64,000 nucleotides of DNA from Alphaproteobacteria bacterium (lineage in GTDB: Bacteria > Pseudomonadota > Alphaproteobacteria > UBA828): assembly GCA_963422645.2 (NCBI GenBank), contig CAXXVO010000007.1, positions 808,542-872,541 on the forward strand, read 5' to 3'. A program made the position numbers and the translations under genes. Below are positions 1 through 11,699 of the stretch, piece by piece (the stretch's first letter is position 1; every line of letters begins with the position of its first letter). Under the pieces are notes generated by a model that was given only the letters and a program-made list of their open reading frames with translations, searched no databases and was not told the origin of the DNA.

Positions 1-127
1 TGCTGATGACCGAGCCCCCGCGCTTGAAGCGCGCCCGGTCGGTCGGGTCTCTGCGGTAGCCGAGGGCGGCGGCGACCCGGTCGAGGGGGATGTTGCGGCA
101 GGTGGCCAGGGGATCGCCGCCGCTCAT
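1..127 (-). CDS. 5' part of a probable primase-like (DUF3991/toprim-type) protein, runs off the window
   Basis: ATG at 127 (minus) reads MSGGDPLATCRNIPLDRVAAALGYRRDPTDRARFKRGGSVIS..., open to the edge; follows the helicase gene; N-terminus resembles DUF3991/toprim proteins from memory only. Confidence 0.45.
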   Translation of the reverse strand, partial: MSGGDPLATCRNIPLDRVAAALGYRRDPTDRARFKRGGSVIS

Positions 128-168
128 TGCCGGGTCCCGGCGAAGGTCTGCTTGGAAGGGAGGCTGAC

Positions 169-229
169 GGCGTTCCCGTTCCTGTACCCTTCAACGCTTA
201 AGAGTTCCGGGAACGGGAACGGGAACGCC
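169..229. repeat. Iteron-like palindrome, putative replication origin
   Basis: 14-bp perfect inverted repeat GGCGTTCCCGTTCC (169-182)/GGAACGGGAACGCC (216-229); GGGAAC x3 at 209-226; A/T-richer spacer. Confidence 0.55.
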
Positions 230-1228
230 TCATCCCGCACTTCCGTTGATGGCGGCAGGGGATTGCGGCTCCCGGTGCGCCTCGGCGGCTGCGAGGCGAT
301 AGCCACCCCTGGGCGCCCGTTCGATGCGCCCCTCCCTGGTGAGGCTCTCGATGGCGGCAACGACGGTGGCGTTGCGGGCAGCGGCGCGTGAGCGGATCTG
401 GGCTTTCGAGAGCGGCTTTTCGGCCTGCTCGATCGCCTTGAAGACGCGCTGCTCGACGGTGGCGGGCTCGTGCCTGTCTTCATCTGCCGCGTCCTGGTGC
501 AGACGGAAGGCCGGCCCATGTCCGCCGTCGACGAGTTCCAGCTCGATGTCGTTGAGGCCCCGGGCGTCGCGCTGCTCGACCGTCATGACGATCTTCTTGT
601 CGCGCCGGCGCAGGTACAGATTTGAGTCACCCCAAGCGTGCAGCTCGCTGCTCCCGCGCAGGGCCTGCCCCGGCCGGGTGCCGCCGCTCTTGCGGGCGTG
701 GTGGACGAGGAGGACGGCGGTTTCGAAGCGGCGCTGCAGTTCGCGCAGGAAGCCGAGGATGGGGGCGATCTCTGCGACGGCGTTCTCGTCGACGCTGTGC
801 AGGCGGACCAGGGGATCGAGGATCAGGAGGCGCGGTTCGATGCGCTCCACGGTCTGCTGCAGGCGTTGACGGTCGCCGGGCCGGTCGAGACGCAGGGTGG
901 GCACGTCGATGACGGCGATGTCGAGTTCGTCGAAGGGGGTGGCGGCGGCGCGGGCGATCCCCTGCAGACGCTTGCGCACCCTGTGGCCGGCGTCCTCGGC
1001 GGCGAAGAGCAGCACGGTGCCGCTTGCGCTGGGGCGGTAGTGGCGCAGGCATGGGACGCCGGTGGCCACGGCGACGGCGAGATCGAGCGCGAGCAGGGAT
1101 TTGCCGCACTTGGGCTCGCCGCCGACGATGCCCACGGCCTGCTCGGCCCACAGCGTGTCCACCATCCACTGTTGCGCCCGGGGGCGATCCTCGAGCTGCA
1201 TCGGCGCCCGTGTCGGGAAGCCCTTCAC
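230..1228 (-). CDS. AAA_25/RepA-like (SF4) helicase-ATPase with C-terminal winged helix
   Basis: GTG at 1228 overlaps the upstream stop (GTGA); Walker A GEPKCGKS, Walker B LLILDP, LLVHHARK and LRGSS motifs typical of RSF1010 RepA-like helicases. Confidence 0.85.
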   Translation of the reverse strand: MKGFPTRAPMQLEDRPRAQQWMVDTLWAEQAVGIVGGEPKCGKSLLALDLAVAVATGVPCLRHYRPSASGTVLLFAAEDAGHRVRKRLQGIARAAATPFDELDIAVIDVPTLRLDRPGDRQRLQQTVERIEPRLLILDPLVRLHSVDENAVAEIAPILGFLRELQRRFETAVLLVHHARKSGGTRPGQALRGSSELHAWGDSNLYLRRRDKKIVMTVEQRDARGLNDIELELVDGGHGPAFRLHQDAADEDRHEPATVEQRVFKAIEQAEKPLSKAQIRSRAAARNATVVAAIESLTREGRIERAPRGGYRLAAAEAHREPQSPAAINGSAG

Positions 1229-2058
1229 CGCCGTGCCCTCTTCGGCTTGGCGGGCTCGCCCAGGATCTCCATGAAGAGCTTCTCGTCGAGAACCTCGCGG
1301 TTCTTCTCGGCGCCGGCGGCGAGCAGCATGTCGCCCATGACGGTAAGCGCCCTGGGGTTGCCGCCGGCGTGGGTGACCAGGGTGTCCTTGAGCTCTGCGC
1401 TCATGAGGCCCGGATTGCCGGCCTGCTCGACCAGATGGTCGAGCAGGGCCGCGAGGTCGCCGGCGTCTGCCTGGGTCATGACCAGGCGCTGGCGCAGGCG
1501 CGAGGCGATGGGCTGCAAGTCGGGCTGGCGGAGCCTGTCGATCAGGCGGCTGTCGCCGGCGAAGACGACCGAGAGGATGGCGCGCGAGTCGAAGTCGGTG
1601 GACGCCAGCAGGCGGATCTCGGAGATCACCGAGGGCAGCAGCTCCTGGGCCTCGTCGATGAGCACCACGGGCCGCATGCGGGTGTCGTCGACATGGGTGA
1701 GCCATCGCTCGCGCAGGTTTTTGAAGCTGGCCCAGCGGTTGTTGTACATCAGGTCGACGCCGAACATCCCGCCGATCTCGCGGTAGAAGTCGGACAGCCT
1801 GGAAGAGGGGTGGGTGATGGCACAGACCCTGAGCCCGTCCGAGCGGCCGAGGCGGTCGGCGAGCACGCGCAACGCCACGCTCTTTCCGGTGCCGGGCTCG
1901 CCGGCGATCAACGCGAAGCCGCCCTGGCGCACAAGATGATGCTCGATTCTGAGGCAGAAGCTGTCGACGGCGGGGCTCACCATGAGGCTGTCGACCGGAA
2001 GGTCGGTGGCGAAGGGGTTCCATTTGAGCCCGTAGAAGGTGAGCAGCTCGCGGTTCAT
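1225..2058 (-). CDS. ExeA/AAA_22-type ATPase (transposition helper)
   Basis: FYGLKWNPF N-terminus, Walker A GEPGTGKS, Walker B VVLIDEAQ, GGNPR; ATGA overlap with the transposase. Confidence 0.9.
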   Translation of the reverse strand: MNRELLTFYGLKWNPFATDLPVDSLMVSPAVDSFCLRIEHHLVRQGGFALIAGEPGTGKSVALRVLADRLGRSDGLRVCAITHPSSRLSDFYREIGGMFGVDLMYNNRWASFKNLRERWLTHVDDTRMRPVVLIDEAQELLPSVISEIRLLASTDFDSRAILSVVFAGDSRLIDRLRQPDLQPIASRLRQRLVMTQADAGDLAALLDHLVEQAGNPGLMSAELKDTLVTHAGGNPRALTVMGDMLLAAGAEKNREVLDEKLFMEILGEPAKPKRARR

Positions 2059-3533
2059 GACGGATCTCCCTGATCGTCGTCCTCGCCCGGACCGGGCGTC
2101 TTGTTATGGGGTACCCAGGCCGGCGGCAGGCCTGTTGCGGCCTGGGCGTCGAGCACGCCCTTGAGCAGCGGCGGAAGTTCGCCGACGCCCGCGCTGGCGC
2201 CGCCATGGTCGCTGCCGGGTCTCGCAGGACGGCGGACGCCATCGGCGTTGCCGCGCTTGTCGAGGGGGTACAGCGTGCACAGCCGCTCGCCGCTTCGGCC
2301 TTCCACCAGATCGACGCCGCTGAGGTCCCAGCGCGCATAGCGGACCCAGAGCGTCCTCAGGTGGCGCCACGGCTGTGGCACCTGGTAGCGGATGCCCTCG
2401 ACCGAGACGGTGCCGTCCGAGCGCCTGAGCGTGCGCTTCCTGGCGATGCGGAAGGCCGCCTTGAGCTCGTCCGAGGCGGGGCAGGGCCTCGATGCCTTGA
2501 CGCTCCCGGCGAGGCGTTCATGCGGCGTCATGCCGAGCTCGCGGTGCACCCGCCGATGGTAGTCCTGCTCCAGCCAGGCTATGGTGGCGTCGTTGAGCAT
2601 CTTCAGGGTGAGCGCGTCGACGCCTTCGAGCTGAGCCATCAGGCGGCCCTCGACCGTGCCCCAGAACGACTCGATTTTTCCATTTTGATGGGGGCTGTAA
2701 GCGAGTGTCGTGGCCCCCACGATGCCGATGAGGCGGTGCAAGCCCTCCTCGACCTCGCCCGCCGTCATCGGCCCGCCGTTGTCGGTCAGCAGGGACCTGG
2801 GCAAGTCCCTCTTCATGAAGGCCTGACAGAGCCCGTGGACGAAGACCTCGGCGGTCTCCTCCAGGTACCACTGCAGGTGGCAGCCAAGCCTGGAGTGGTC
2901 GTCGAGGAAGCCGAGCAGGATGGGCGTCTGCCATTCGCCCGACGCCGTCAGCACGCGGCGCTTGCCGTGGTGGAAGTCCCCGTGCCACAGCGCGTGACTG
3001 CGAGACACCTCGTAGCTAAGGACCTCGCGGGCTTCGACCGCCGGCTTGTCCTCACCCTCGTGCCACTTCCTGGGGCGCTCGCGCACCAGGCCGCGATTGC
3101 GCATCGCCCGCGTCAGCGTCGCGTAGGACGGCATCGGGCCGAGCTCGGGATGGGTCGCAACATGAGCCTTGAGGGTCTCGTAGTGGAGCTGCGCCGCCCA
3201 CGAGGGATGGACCCGGTACTGCTCGCGCAGCGCCGCGATCAGCCCCGCCGACATGGACCGCTCGCGGCCGACGTCGGTCCGAGGCTTCCGGCGCAGCGCC
3301 TTGACCGGGTCCTGCTCCTCTGCCCGCGCCCGGTAGTACCAGCGCTCGATCGTCGAGGCCGCAAAGCGCACCGGCCCCTTGCCCGACGGGTGCTCCCAGT
3401 CGCGCTGCGACAGACGCTCGAACTCGGCCCCCAGCTGGCCTGCAGGCGGCGGTGAAGCCAGAAGCGGCCCCACCACCGCAAAGCGCAGCCGGGCCCACTT
3501 CTCGCGCCTGGCGCCTGCGTCGTCCTTGTCCAT
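2055..3533 (-). CDS. DDE transposase (rve/Mu-like C-terminus)
   Basis: WHGDF...FLDDHSR...LTDNGG...NGKIESFW catalytic pattern; N-terminal HTH; C-terminal RRSDGTVSVEGIRYQVP; GGAGG-type RBS before ATG 3533. Confidence 0.9.
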   Translation of the reverse strand: MDKDDAGARREKWARLRFAVVGPLLASPPPAGQLGAEFERLSQRDWEHPSGKGPVRFAASTIERWYYRARAEEQDPVKALRRKPRTDVGRERSMSAGLIAALREQYRVHPSWAAQLHYETLKAHVATHPELGPMPSYATLTRAMRNRGLVRERPRKWHEGEDKPAVEAREVLSYEVSRSHALWHGDFHHGKRRVLTASGEWQTPILLGFLDDHSRLGCHLQWYLEETAEVFVHGLCQAFMKRDLPRSLLTDNGGPMTAGEVEEGLHRLIGIVGATTLAYSPHQNGKIESFWGTVEGRLMAQLEGVDALTLKMLNDATIAWLEQDYHRRVHRELGMTPHERLAGSVKASRPCPASDELKAAFRIARKRTLRRSDGTVSVEGIRYQVPQPWRHLRTLWVRYARWDLSGVDLVEGRSGERLCTLYPLDKRGNADGVRRPARPGSDHGGASAGVGELPPLLKGVLDAQAATGLPPAWVPHNKTPGPGEDDDQGDPS

Positions 3534-3582
3534 TCCGGCATCCCTCCCTCGCCGCATCGGAGAGATGCCCATGTAGAACGCC

Positions 3583-4200
3583 CTATCCGGGCGTGACAGG
3601 AACACTTTCTGCGGGCGGCGCCGAGCCATCGCCGAGCCCGCAATAGCCCGTCCACGGCTTGAACCAGATCAGGCTCAGGAACAGACGCTCACCGAAGCGT
3701 CCGCCCCGCATCTGCCGCAGCACGAAGAGCAGCGGCACCTCCTCGGGTGGCATCACCAGTTCGCCACGCTTCGCTCCCCAGGGCTCCGTCGCCGGGAACG
3801 CCTCCAGCCACCACTTCCGCCAGCGGCGCAGTGTGGCGACCGAGACCCCCCACTTCCGCTTGATCGTCTGCAACCGCACCCCGCCTCTCAGAACCAGTGC
3901 ACTCAACAGAACGAACAGGGCGCCCAGATAAAAGCGGCGCCCGAAGAATCGTACCGATGGTGGGGTCGCTCGCAGGCGGCAATCCGCGCAGCAGAAGCTG
4001 AACCGCCGCGTGCCCTCTTCCCTCAACTCGGCTGCCAGACCGTACGGCTTGCGCGGATACGTCGCGCTGTGCAGCTTGCCGGGGCAGTGTCGGCAGCCCG
4101 CCTCGCGGCAGCGCGCCGCCTCGGCCTCATCGACCTCGCGCAGCCAGGCCCAGACCAGGGCGTTGCAAAGCATGGAGTGGCGGAAAATGTTGTGCGACAT
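3583..4200 (-). CDS. Zn-ribbon + HTH accessory protein of the transposon (DUF6431-like)
   Basis: CRHC and CCADC cysteine pairs, HTH-like VSVATLRRWRKWW; first gene of the operon. Confidence 0.7.
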   Translation of the reverse strand: MSHNIFRHSMLCNALVWAWLREVDEAEAARCREAGCRHCPGKLHSATYPRKPYGLAAELREEGTRRFSFCCADCRLRATPPSVRFFGRRFYLGALFVLLSALVLRGGVRLQTIKRKWGVSVATLRRWRKWWLEAFPATEPWGAKRGELVMPPEEVPLLFVLRQMRGGRFGERLFLSLIWFKPWTGYCGLGDGSAPPAESVPVTPG

Positions 4201-4248
4201 TGGGGCCGTCTCTGGCGATTGTGACCGTCACCACGAGACAAAGCCCCC

Positions 4249-4273
4249 CGGCGAACTTCTTGCAAGTTCGCCG
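4249..4273. promoter_or_regulatory. Palindrome upstream of the transposon operon (operator or hairpin)
   Basis: CGGCGAACTT-cttgc-AAGTTCGCCG, 10-bp perfect stem about 50 bp upstream of ATG 4200. Confidence 0.4.
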
Positions 4274-4329
4274 AGGGGCACCCGCCCCAAAACCTCAACA
4301 AATCCGAGCGGATCAGGCCCCGATCCCCG

Positions 4330-4965
4330 CTGAAAGACCGCGCGCGCTCAACGGCGCCCACGCCCGGAACCGTCCGCGTCCACAACGAGAGCGAGACCTG
4401 GCAGCCCCTCGCCCCCGACCTCGGCGGCCGCGACCTCGACGCAACATCCCGCCTCTTCCGCAACCACCTGCTCGGCGGCGCCGGCATGCCCGAGCACTGG
4501 TTCGGCGGCGGCGGCGACGTCAACCGCGCAACCGCCGCAGAGATGGGCGATCCCGCCTTCAAGACCCTCAAGATGCGCCAGAGGCTGTGGACCGAGATCC
4601 TGCGCCGGGCCGCAGACTACGCCATCGCCCGCAGGCTCGACCCCTCCGGCGCATCATGGCCCGATCCCGCAGACCCCGCCCTCGCCGTCTCCGTCGAATG
4701 GCCCGAGATGGTGGTCGCCGACGCCTCCCGACACGCCGCCGCGCTCGCCCAGACCGCAGGCGCCGCGGCGCTGGCCATCGAGCGCGGCCTGCTCTCGGAC
4801 GCCACCGCGCTCCGCGTCATCGCCGCCGTCGCCGGGCGCCTCGGCGTCGAGATCGACGCCGACGCCGAACTCGAGGCGGCGCGCGAAGACGCCGCCGGAC
4901 GGGCCGAAGAAGACGCCTTCCGCGAGCCCCCGCAGGACGAGGACGCCGACGACGGCGAGGCGTAG
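4330..4965 (+). pseudogene. Phage portal protein, C-terminal fragment
   Basis: Frame stays open upstream of ATG 4486 (PGTVRVHNESETW...RLFRNHLLGGAGMPEHWFGGGGDVNRATA) with no start codon; lies directly before a head morphogenesis gene. Confidence 0.65.
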
Positions 4966-4968
4966 CAC

Positions 4969-5904
4969 GTGGCTACCGACCGTCAGCGCCAGCACAGGCT
5001 CAAGGGCGAGCGATCCCGCCGCGCCCGCGCCCTGCCCCGCATCCAGAAGGACACCGCCGCCGAGGTCGGCCGCATCCTCGGGCGCGCCGAGCGCGACATC
5101 CGGGCCACCCTCGCCGGCGCGCCCTCCGATTACCAGGCATGGGCGCTGCCATCCCTCCAGGCCTCCGTCCGGGACGCCCTCGACAGCCTCGGCGCAGACG
5201 CCGGGCAGGCCATGGCCGAGGGCGCAACCCGCGCCTGGGACGCCGGCATCGATACCATGGACGCCCCCGTCGACGCCGCCATGCGCCTCGATGCCCCCGA
5301 CTTCCGCATCGCCGCCGTCCTGCCCGAGGTCGACACCCGCCAGCTCCTCGCCATGCGATCCTTCCTCACCGACAAGATGAAGGGCGTCACCGCCGCCCTC
5401 GCAGACCGCGTCAACACCCAGCTCGGCCTCGCCATGACCGGCTCGGTCCCCGTCGGCGAGACCACCGGACGCGTCGCCGCCATCCTCAAGAGCGGCCGCT
5501 CCCGTGCGCTCACCGTGATCCGGACCGAGCTCGGCCGCGCATACTCCATGGCCGGACAGCAGCGCATGGAGCAGGCCGCCGGGATCCTGCCGGGGCTGAG
5601 GAAGCAGTGGCGACGCTCCGGAAAGCTCAGAAGCCGCATCGCCCACGACGCCGTCGACGGACAGACCAGGGAAGCCGCCAGGCCCTTCGACGTCGGCGGC
5701 GCTTCGCTCATGTACCCCCGCGATCCCGCCGGACCCGCCGCCGAGACGATCAACTGCGGATGCCAGTCGCTGCCATGGATGGAAAGCTGGGAGGTCGAGA
5801 ACCCCGGGCGAAAGCCGTTCTCCGACGAGGAGATCGCACGCGACCCGCGGCGCGCCGATCTCGAAGGGAAGGAGGCCGGCGCGGGGACAACGCCGGCATC
5901 GTAG
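4969..5904 (+). CDS. Phage minor head/head morphogenesis protein (Mu gpF/SPP1 gp7 family)
   Basis: RALTVIRTEL, KQWRRS..SRIAHDAVDGQ, LMYPRDP..ETINCGC motifs. Confidence 0.85.
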   Translation: MATDRQRQHRLKGERSRRARALPRIQKDTAAEVGRILGRAERDIRATLAGAPSDYQAWALPSLQASVRDALDSLGADAGQAMAEGATRAWDAGIDTMDAPVDAAMRLDAPDFRIAAVLPEVDTRQLLAMRSFLTDKMKGVTAALADRVNTQLGLAMTGSVPVGETTGRVAAILKSGRSRALTVIRTELGRAYSMAGQQRMEQAAGILPGLRKQWRRSGKLRSRIAHDAVDGQTREAARPFDVGGASLMYPRDPAGPAAETINCGCQSLPWMESWEVENPGRKPFSDEEIARDPRRADLEGKEAGAGTTPAS

Positions 5905-6047
5905 ACCGGGCGAGGCGAAGCCCCGCGCCGCACCCCGATTTACCGGCGAATCCGCACCCCCGGAACCGCCCCGATTTACAGGCCTTTCAGCACCCCTGAA
6001 ACGCCCCGAAAATCACCGTTTCCAGCCAATTCACGGCCCTTTCCGGG

Positions 6048-6174
6048 CCGGATTCGCAAAGACTTTCGTCCGGCCCGCCAGACCCCGGAAACGCCGCCAA
6101 CCCCTTGACCGTCCGCCTTCTTCCGCCTTCTTCCCGGCATCTTCCGGATTCGCAATGACTTTCGTCCCCCTACA
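6048..6174. repeat. Transposon/Mu-like prophage end: two transposase-binding repeats and terminal CA
   Basis: CCGGATTCGCAA(A/T)GACTTTCGTCC at 6048-6071 and 6144-6167 (1 mismatch), followed by CCCTACA ending at 6174. Confidence 0.6.
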
Positions 6175-6538
6175 CAGGGTGCGGTGCGCGGCGCGCTCCG
6201 CCCGCATGACGCGATTGCCGCGCCCGCGACCCTTCAGGCGCAGGAGACACGCGTGCGGGACTCCTGATTTCGCGCGCACGACGCTGCGCGAGCGCGCGAC
6301 CCACTCATCCCACTTGAATCCCACTTATCCCGCGAATCCCGCATAAAATTTTTCGCCCTCCGCATCGCGGCCCCGCGCACGACTCTGCGGGCGGGCGCAA
6401 CGTCGCCTCCGGCCCTTACCAATACCTGCACCGGCGGCGTCTCCGCCGTAGTTGCCGAAGCGAGGCGATGGCTGATCCCGCCGAGCTTGACCCTGTCTCC
6501 GGCGATAACGCGCACAGGTACCCCGCTAAGCGGCCGGC

Positions 6539-7894
6539 TCAGGCTGCCGCGGCGCGGCCTTCCCCCAGCCAGTGGCCGAGATCCGCGCGGGCGCGCTCTA
6601 CCATCGCGACCTTGCGTGCGCGCTTGGGCACGCGCCCCGCGAGCGGCGGGAACAGGCCGAAGTTGACGTTCATCGGCTGGAAGGTCCCGCCTGCGCCCAG
6701 ATGACCGCCGGTGATGTGGCTGAGCAGCGCGCCGAACGCCGTGGTTGGCGGCGGCGGCGGGGCGGTCGCACCCGTAATCTCCGCCGCAGCGAAACGCCCC
6801 GCGAGCAGCCCGATCGCCGCGCTCTCGACATAGCCCTCGACGCCGGTGATCTGACCCGCGAAGCGCAGATGCGGGGCGCGGCGCAGCCGCAGCTCCGCGT
6901 CCAGCAGCACCGGGCTATTGATGAAGGTGTTGCGGTGAATGCCGCCAAGCCTGGCGAAGCTCGCCTGCTCCAGCCCCGGGATCAGACGGAAGATCCGCTT
7001 CTGCGCCCCGTGCGTGAGCTTGGTCTGGAAGCCCACTATGTTGAAGAGGGTGCCGAGCGCGTTGTCCTGACGCAGTTGCACCACCGCATGCGGGCGGGCG
7101 CCGGTGGCGGGGTCGGTCAGACCCACGGGCTTCATGGGGCCGAAGCGGAGCGTTTCGCGGCCGCGCGCCGCCATCACCTCGATGGGCAGGCAGCCCTCGA
7201 AGTAGGGCGTGTCGCGCTCCCAGTCCCTGAAGGGGATCGTGTCGCCGGCGAGCAGGGCGTCGATGAAGGCCTCGTAGCGCTCGCCGTCGAGCGGGCAGTT
7301 GATGTAGGCCGCGCGGTCGCCGCCGGGACCCGCCTTGTCGTAGCGGGACTGGAACCAGGCCCGGTCGAAGTCGATGCTGTCGCGGTGGACGATGGGTGCG
7401 AGCGCGTCGAAGAAGGCGAGGTGGTCCTCGCCGGTCTCGTCCAGGATCGCCTGGCTCAGCGCCGGGGCGGTGAGGGGGCCGGTGGCGACGATGGTCAGGC
7501 CCTCCGCCGCATCGGGCAGGCCGGGGGCTTCCGCACGGCGCAACCGGATTGCGGGCTCGTCTTCGATTGCTTGCTGCACGGCCTCGGCGAAGCCCGTGCG
7601 GTCCACGGCGAGCGCCTGCCCGGCCGGCACCTTGTGGCGGTCGGCGGCGGCCATGACCAGCGAGCCCGCGCGCCGCATCTCCTCGTGCAGGAGGCCGACG
7701 GCATTGCGCTCGGCATCGTCGGAGCGGAAGGAGTTGGAGCAGACCAGCTCGGCAAGCCGGTCCGTGATATGCGCCTCGGTGGCGCGCACCGGCCGCATCT
7801 CCCACAGCTCGACCGCTCCGCCTTGGCGCGCGATTTGCCACGCCGCCTCGCAGCCGGCGAGGCCGCCGCCGATGATGCGGATCCGCTCTTCCAC
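6539..7894 (-). CDS. trmFO: tRNA m5U54 methyltransferase TrmFO
   Basis: [48 protein letters not shown]. Confidence 0.97.
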   Translation of the reverse strand: MEERIRIIGGGLAGCEAAWQIARQGGAVELWEMRPVRATEAHITDRLAELVCSNSFRSDDAERNAVGLLHEEMRRAGSLVMAAADRHKVPAGQALAVDRTGFAEAVQQAIEDEPAIRLRRAEAPGLPDAAEGLTIVATGPLTAPALSQAILDETGEDHLAFFDALAPIVHRDSIDFDRAWFQSRYDKAGPGGDRAAYINCPLDGERYEAFIDALLAGDTIPFRDWERDTPYFEGCLPIEVMAARGRETLRFGPMKPVGLTDPATGARPHAVVQLRQDNALGTLFNIVGFQTKLTHGAQKRIFRLIPGLEQASFARLGGIHRNTFINSPVLLDAELRLRRAPHLRFAGQITGVEGYVESAAIGLLAGRFAAAEITGATAPPPPPTTAFGALLSHITGGHLGAGGTFQPMNVNFGLFPPLAGRVPKRARKVAMVERARADLGHWLGEGRAAAA

Positions 7895-7924
7895 CCGTCT
7901 GCTCTCCGCGCTCCGCCGCCCGGC

Positions 7925-10816
<2,892 letters not shown>

Positions 10817-10986
10817 GGGCGCGGACGAATTGGCTTGGGGATCGGTAGCAGAATATAGGAGCTTCGCCCTGCGAAGGCGAGAGCCGCCGCTATGGGTCGC
10901 CGGCATCGTGAGGTCGGTTTGAGGCGGCCCGGGCAATCGGCTAAGAGTGGCCACCGGAACCTGCGAGCACAGAGGGAGTTTGGGTC

Positions 10987-11451
10987 ATGGCGGGGAGCGT
11001 CAACAAGGTCATTCTGGTCGGCAACCTGGGACGCGACCCGGAAACCCGTCAGACACAGGACGGCAGGCCCATCGTCAACATGTCGGTCGCCACCAGCGAA
11101 AACTGGAAGGACCGTCAGACCGGCGAGCGGCGCGAGCGGACCGAGTGGCACCGAGTCGTTATATTTAACGATCGCCTCGGCGAGGTCGCGCAGAACTACC
11201 TGCGCAAGGGCTCCAAGGTCTATCTCGAAGGCCAGCTGCAGACCCGCAAGTGGACCGACCAGTCGGGGCAGGAGAAATACACCACCGAGGTGGTGCTGGG
11301 GCGCTTTCGCGGCGAGCTCACCATGCTGGACAGCCGTGCCGATAGCGGCGGCGGCGGGCGCGACTATGGCGGCGAGCAGGCCGCCGCCCCGGCCGCCGCC
11401 CGCGACAGCGGACCCTCATCCACCGACCTGGACGACGACATCCCCTTCTAG
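10987..11451 (+). CDS. ssb: Single-stranded DNA-binding protein
   Basis: [15 protein letters not shown]...DDDIPF. Confidence 0.98.
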   Translation: MAGSVNKVILVGNLGRDPETRQTQDGRPIVNMSVATSENWKDRQTGERRERTEWHRVVIFNDRLGEVAQNYLRKGSKVYLEGQLQTRKWTDQSGQEKYTTEVVLGRFRGELTMLDSRADSGGGGRDYGGEQAAAPAAARDSGPSSTDLDDDIPF

Positions 11452-11699
11452 CCCTCGGTTGCCGCGCCGGCGGGACGCGGCGCTACTGCCCGACCGGAAT
11501 CCGTTGATGGGGCGGCCCATCAACTTTGCATTTGCGTGATTCGGTTGCGCGATGCGTCTTCACCGGACTCCGTCCAGTTGGAAGTCGAACGCGGTCGTAC
11601 GCGAGCGACCGCAGATCACTGGACAATGGAAGGGTGAACGACACAGCGCAGCAGCGCGCGCTCCGCTGACCCGGCGGAGAGCGGGCGAAGGGGCAGGGC

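Larger units (their letters stand above)
1..4333 (-). mobile_element. DDE/ExeA transposon-like element with replication genes (left part outside the window; right boundary approximate)
   Basis: Co-oriented five-gene cluster, partly overlapping; sequence switches abruptly to a 5'-truncated portal ORF near 4333. Confidence 0.65.

Noticed and set aside
1225-2058. Type II secretion ExeA, or Tn7/CAST TnsC
   Set aside because: No secretion genes; no tniQ, tnsA or cas genes in view; it is coupled to a transposase
1229-2338. N-terminal 370 aa of the 702-aa ORF 230..2338
   Set aside because: Off-frame overlap with the ATPase and transposase genes; the real helicase starts at GTG 1228
4200-5999. 599-aa Arg-rich ORF, and similar long shadow ORFs (6572-9307, 26650-28647, 34521-36479, 45320-47605, 53393-55279)
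   Set aside because: Alternative-frame or antisense artefacts of high GC over recognisable genes
10817-10986. LexA box in the uvrA-ssb divergent promoter
   Set aside because: No clean GTTC-N7-GTTC or GAAC-N7-GAAC match found
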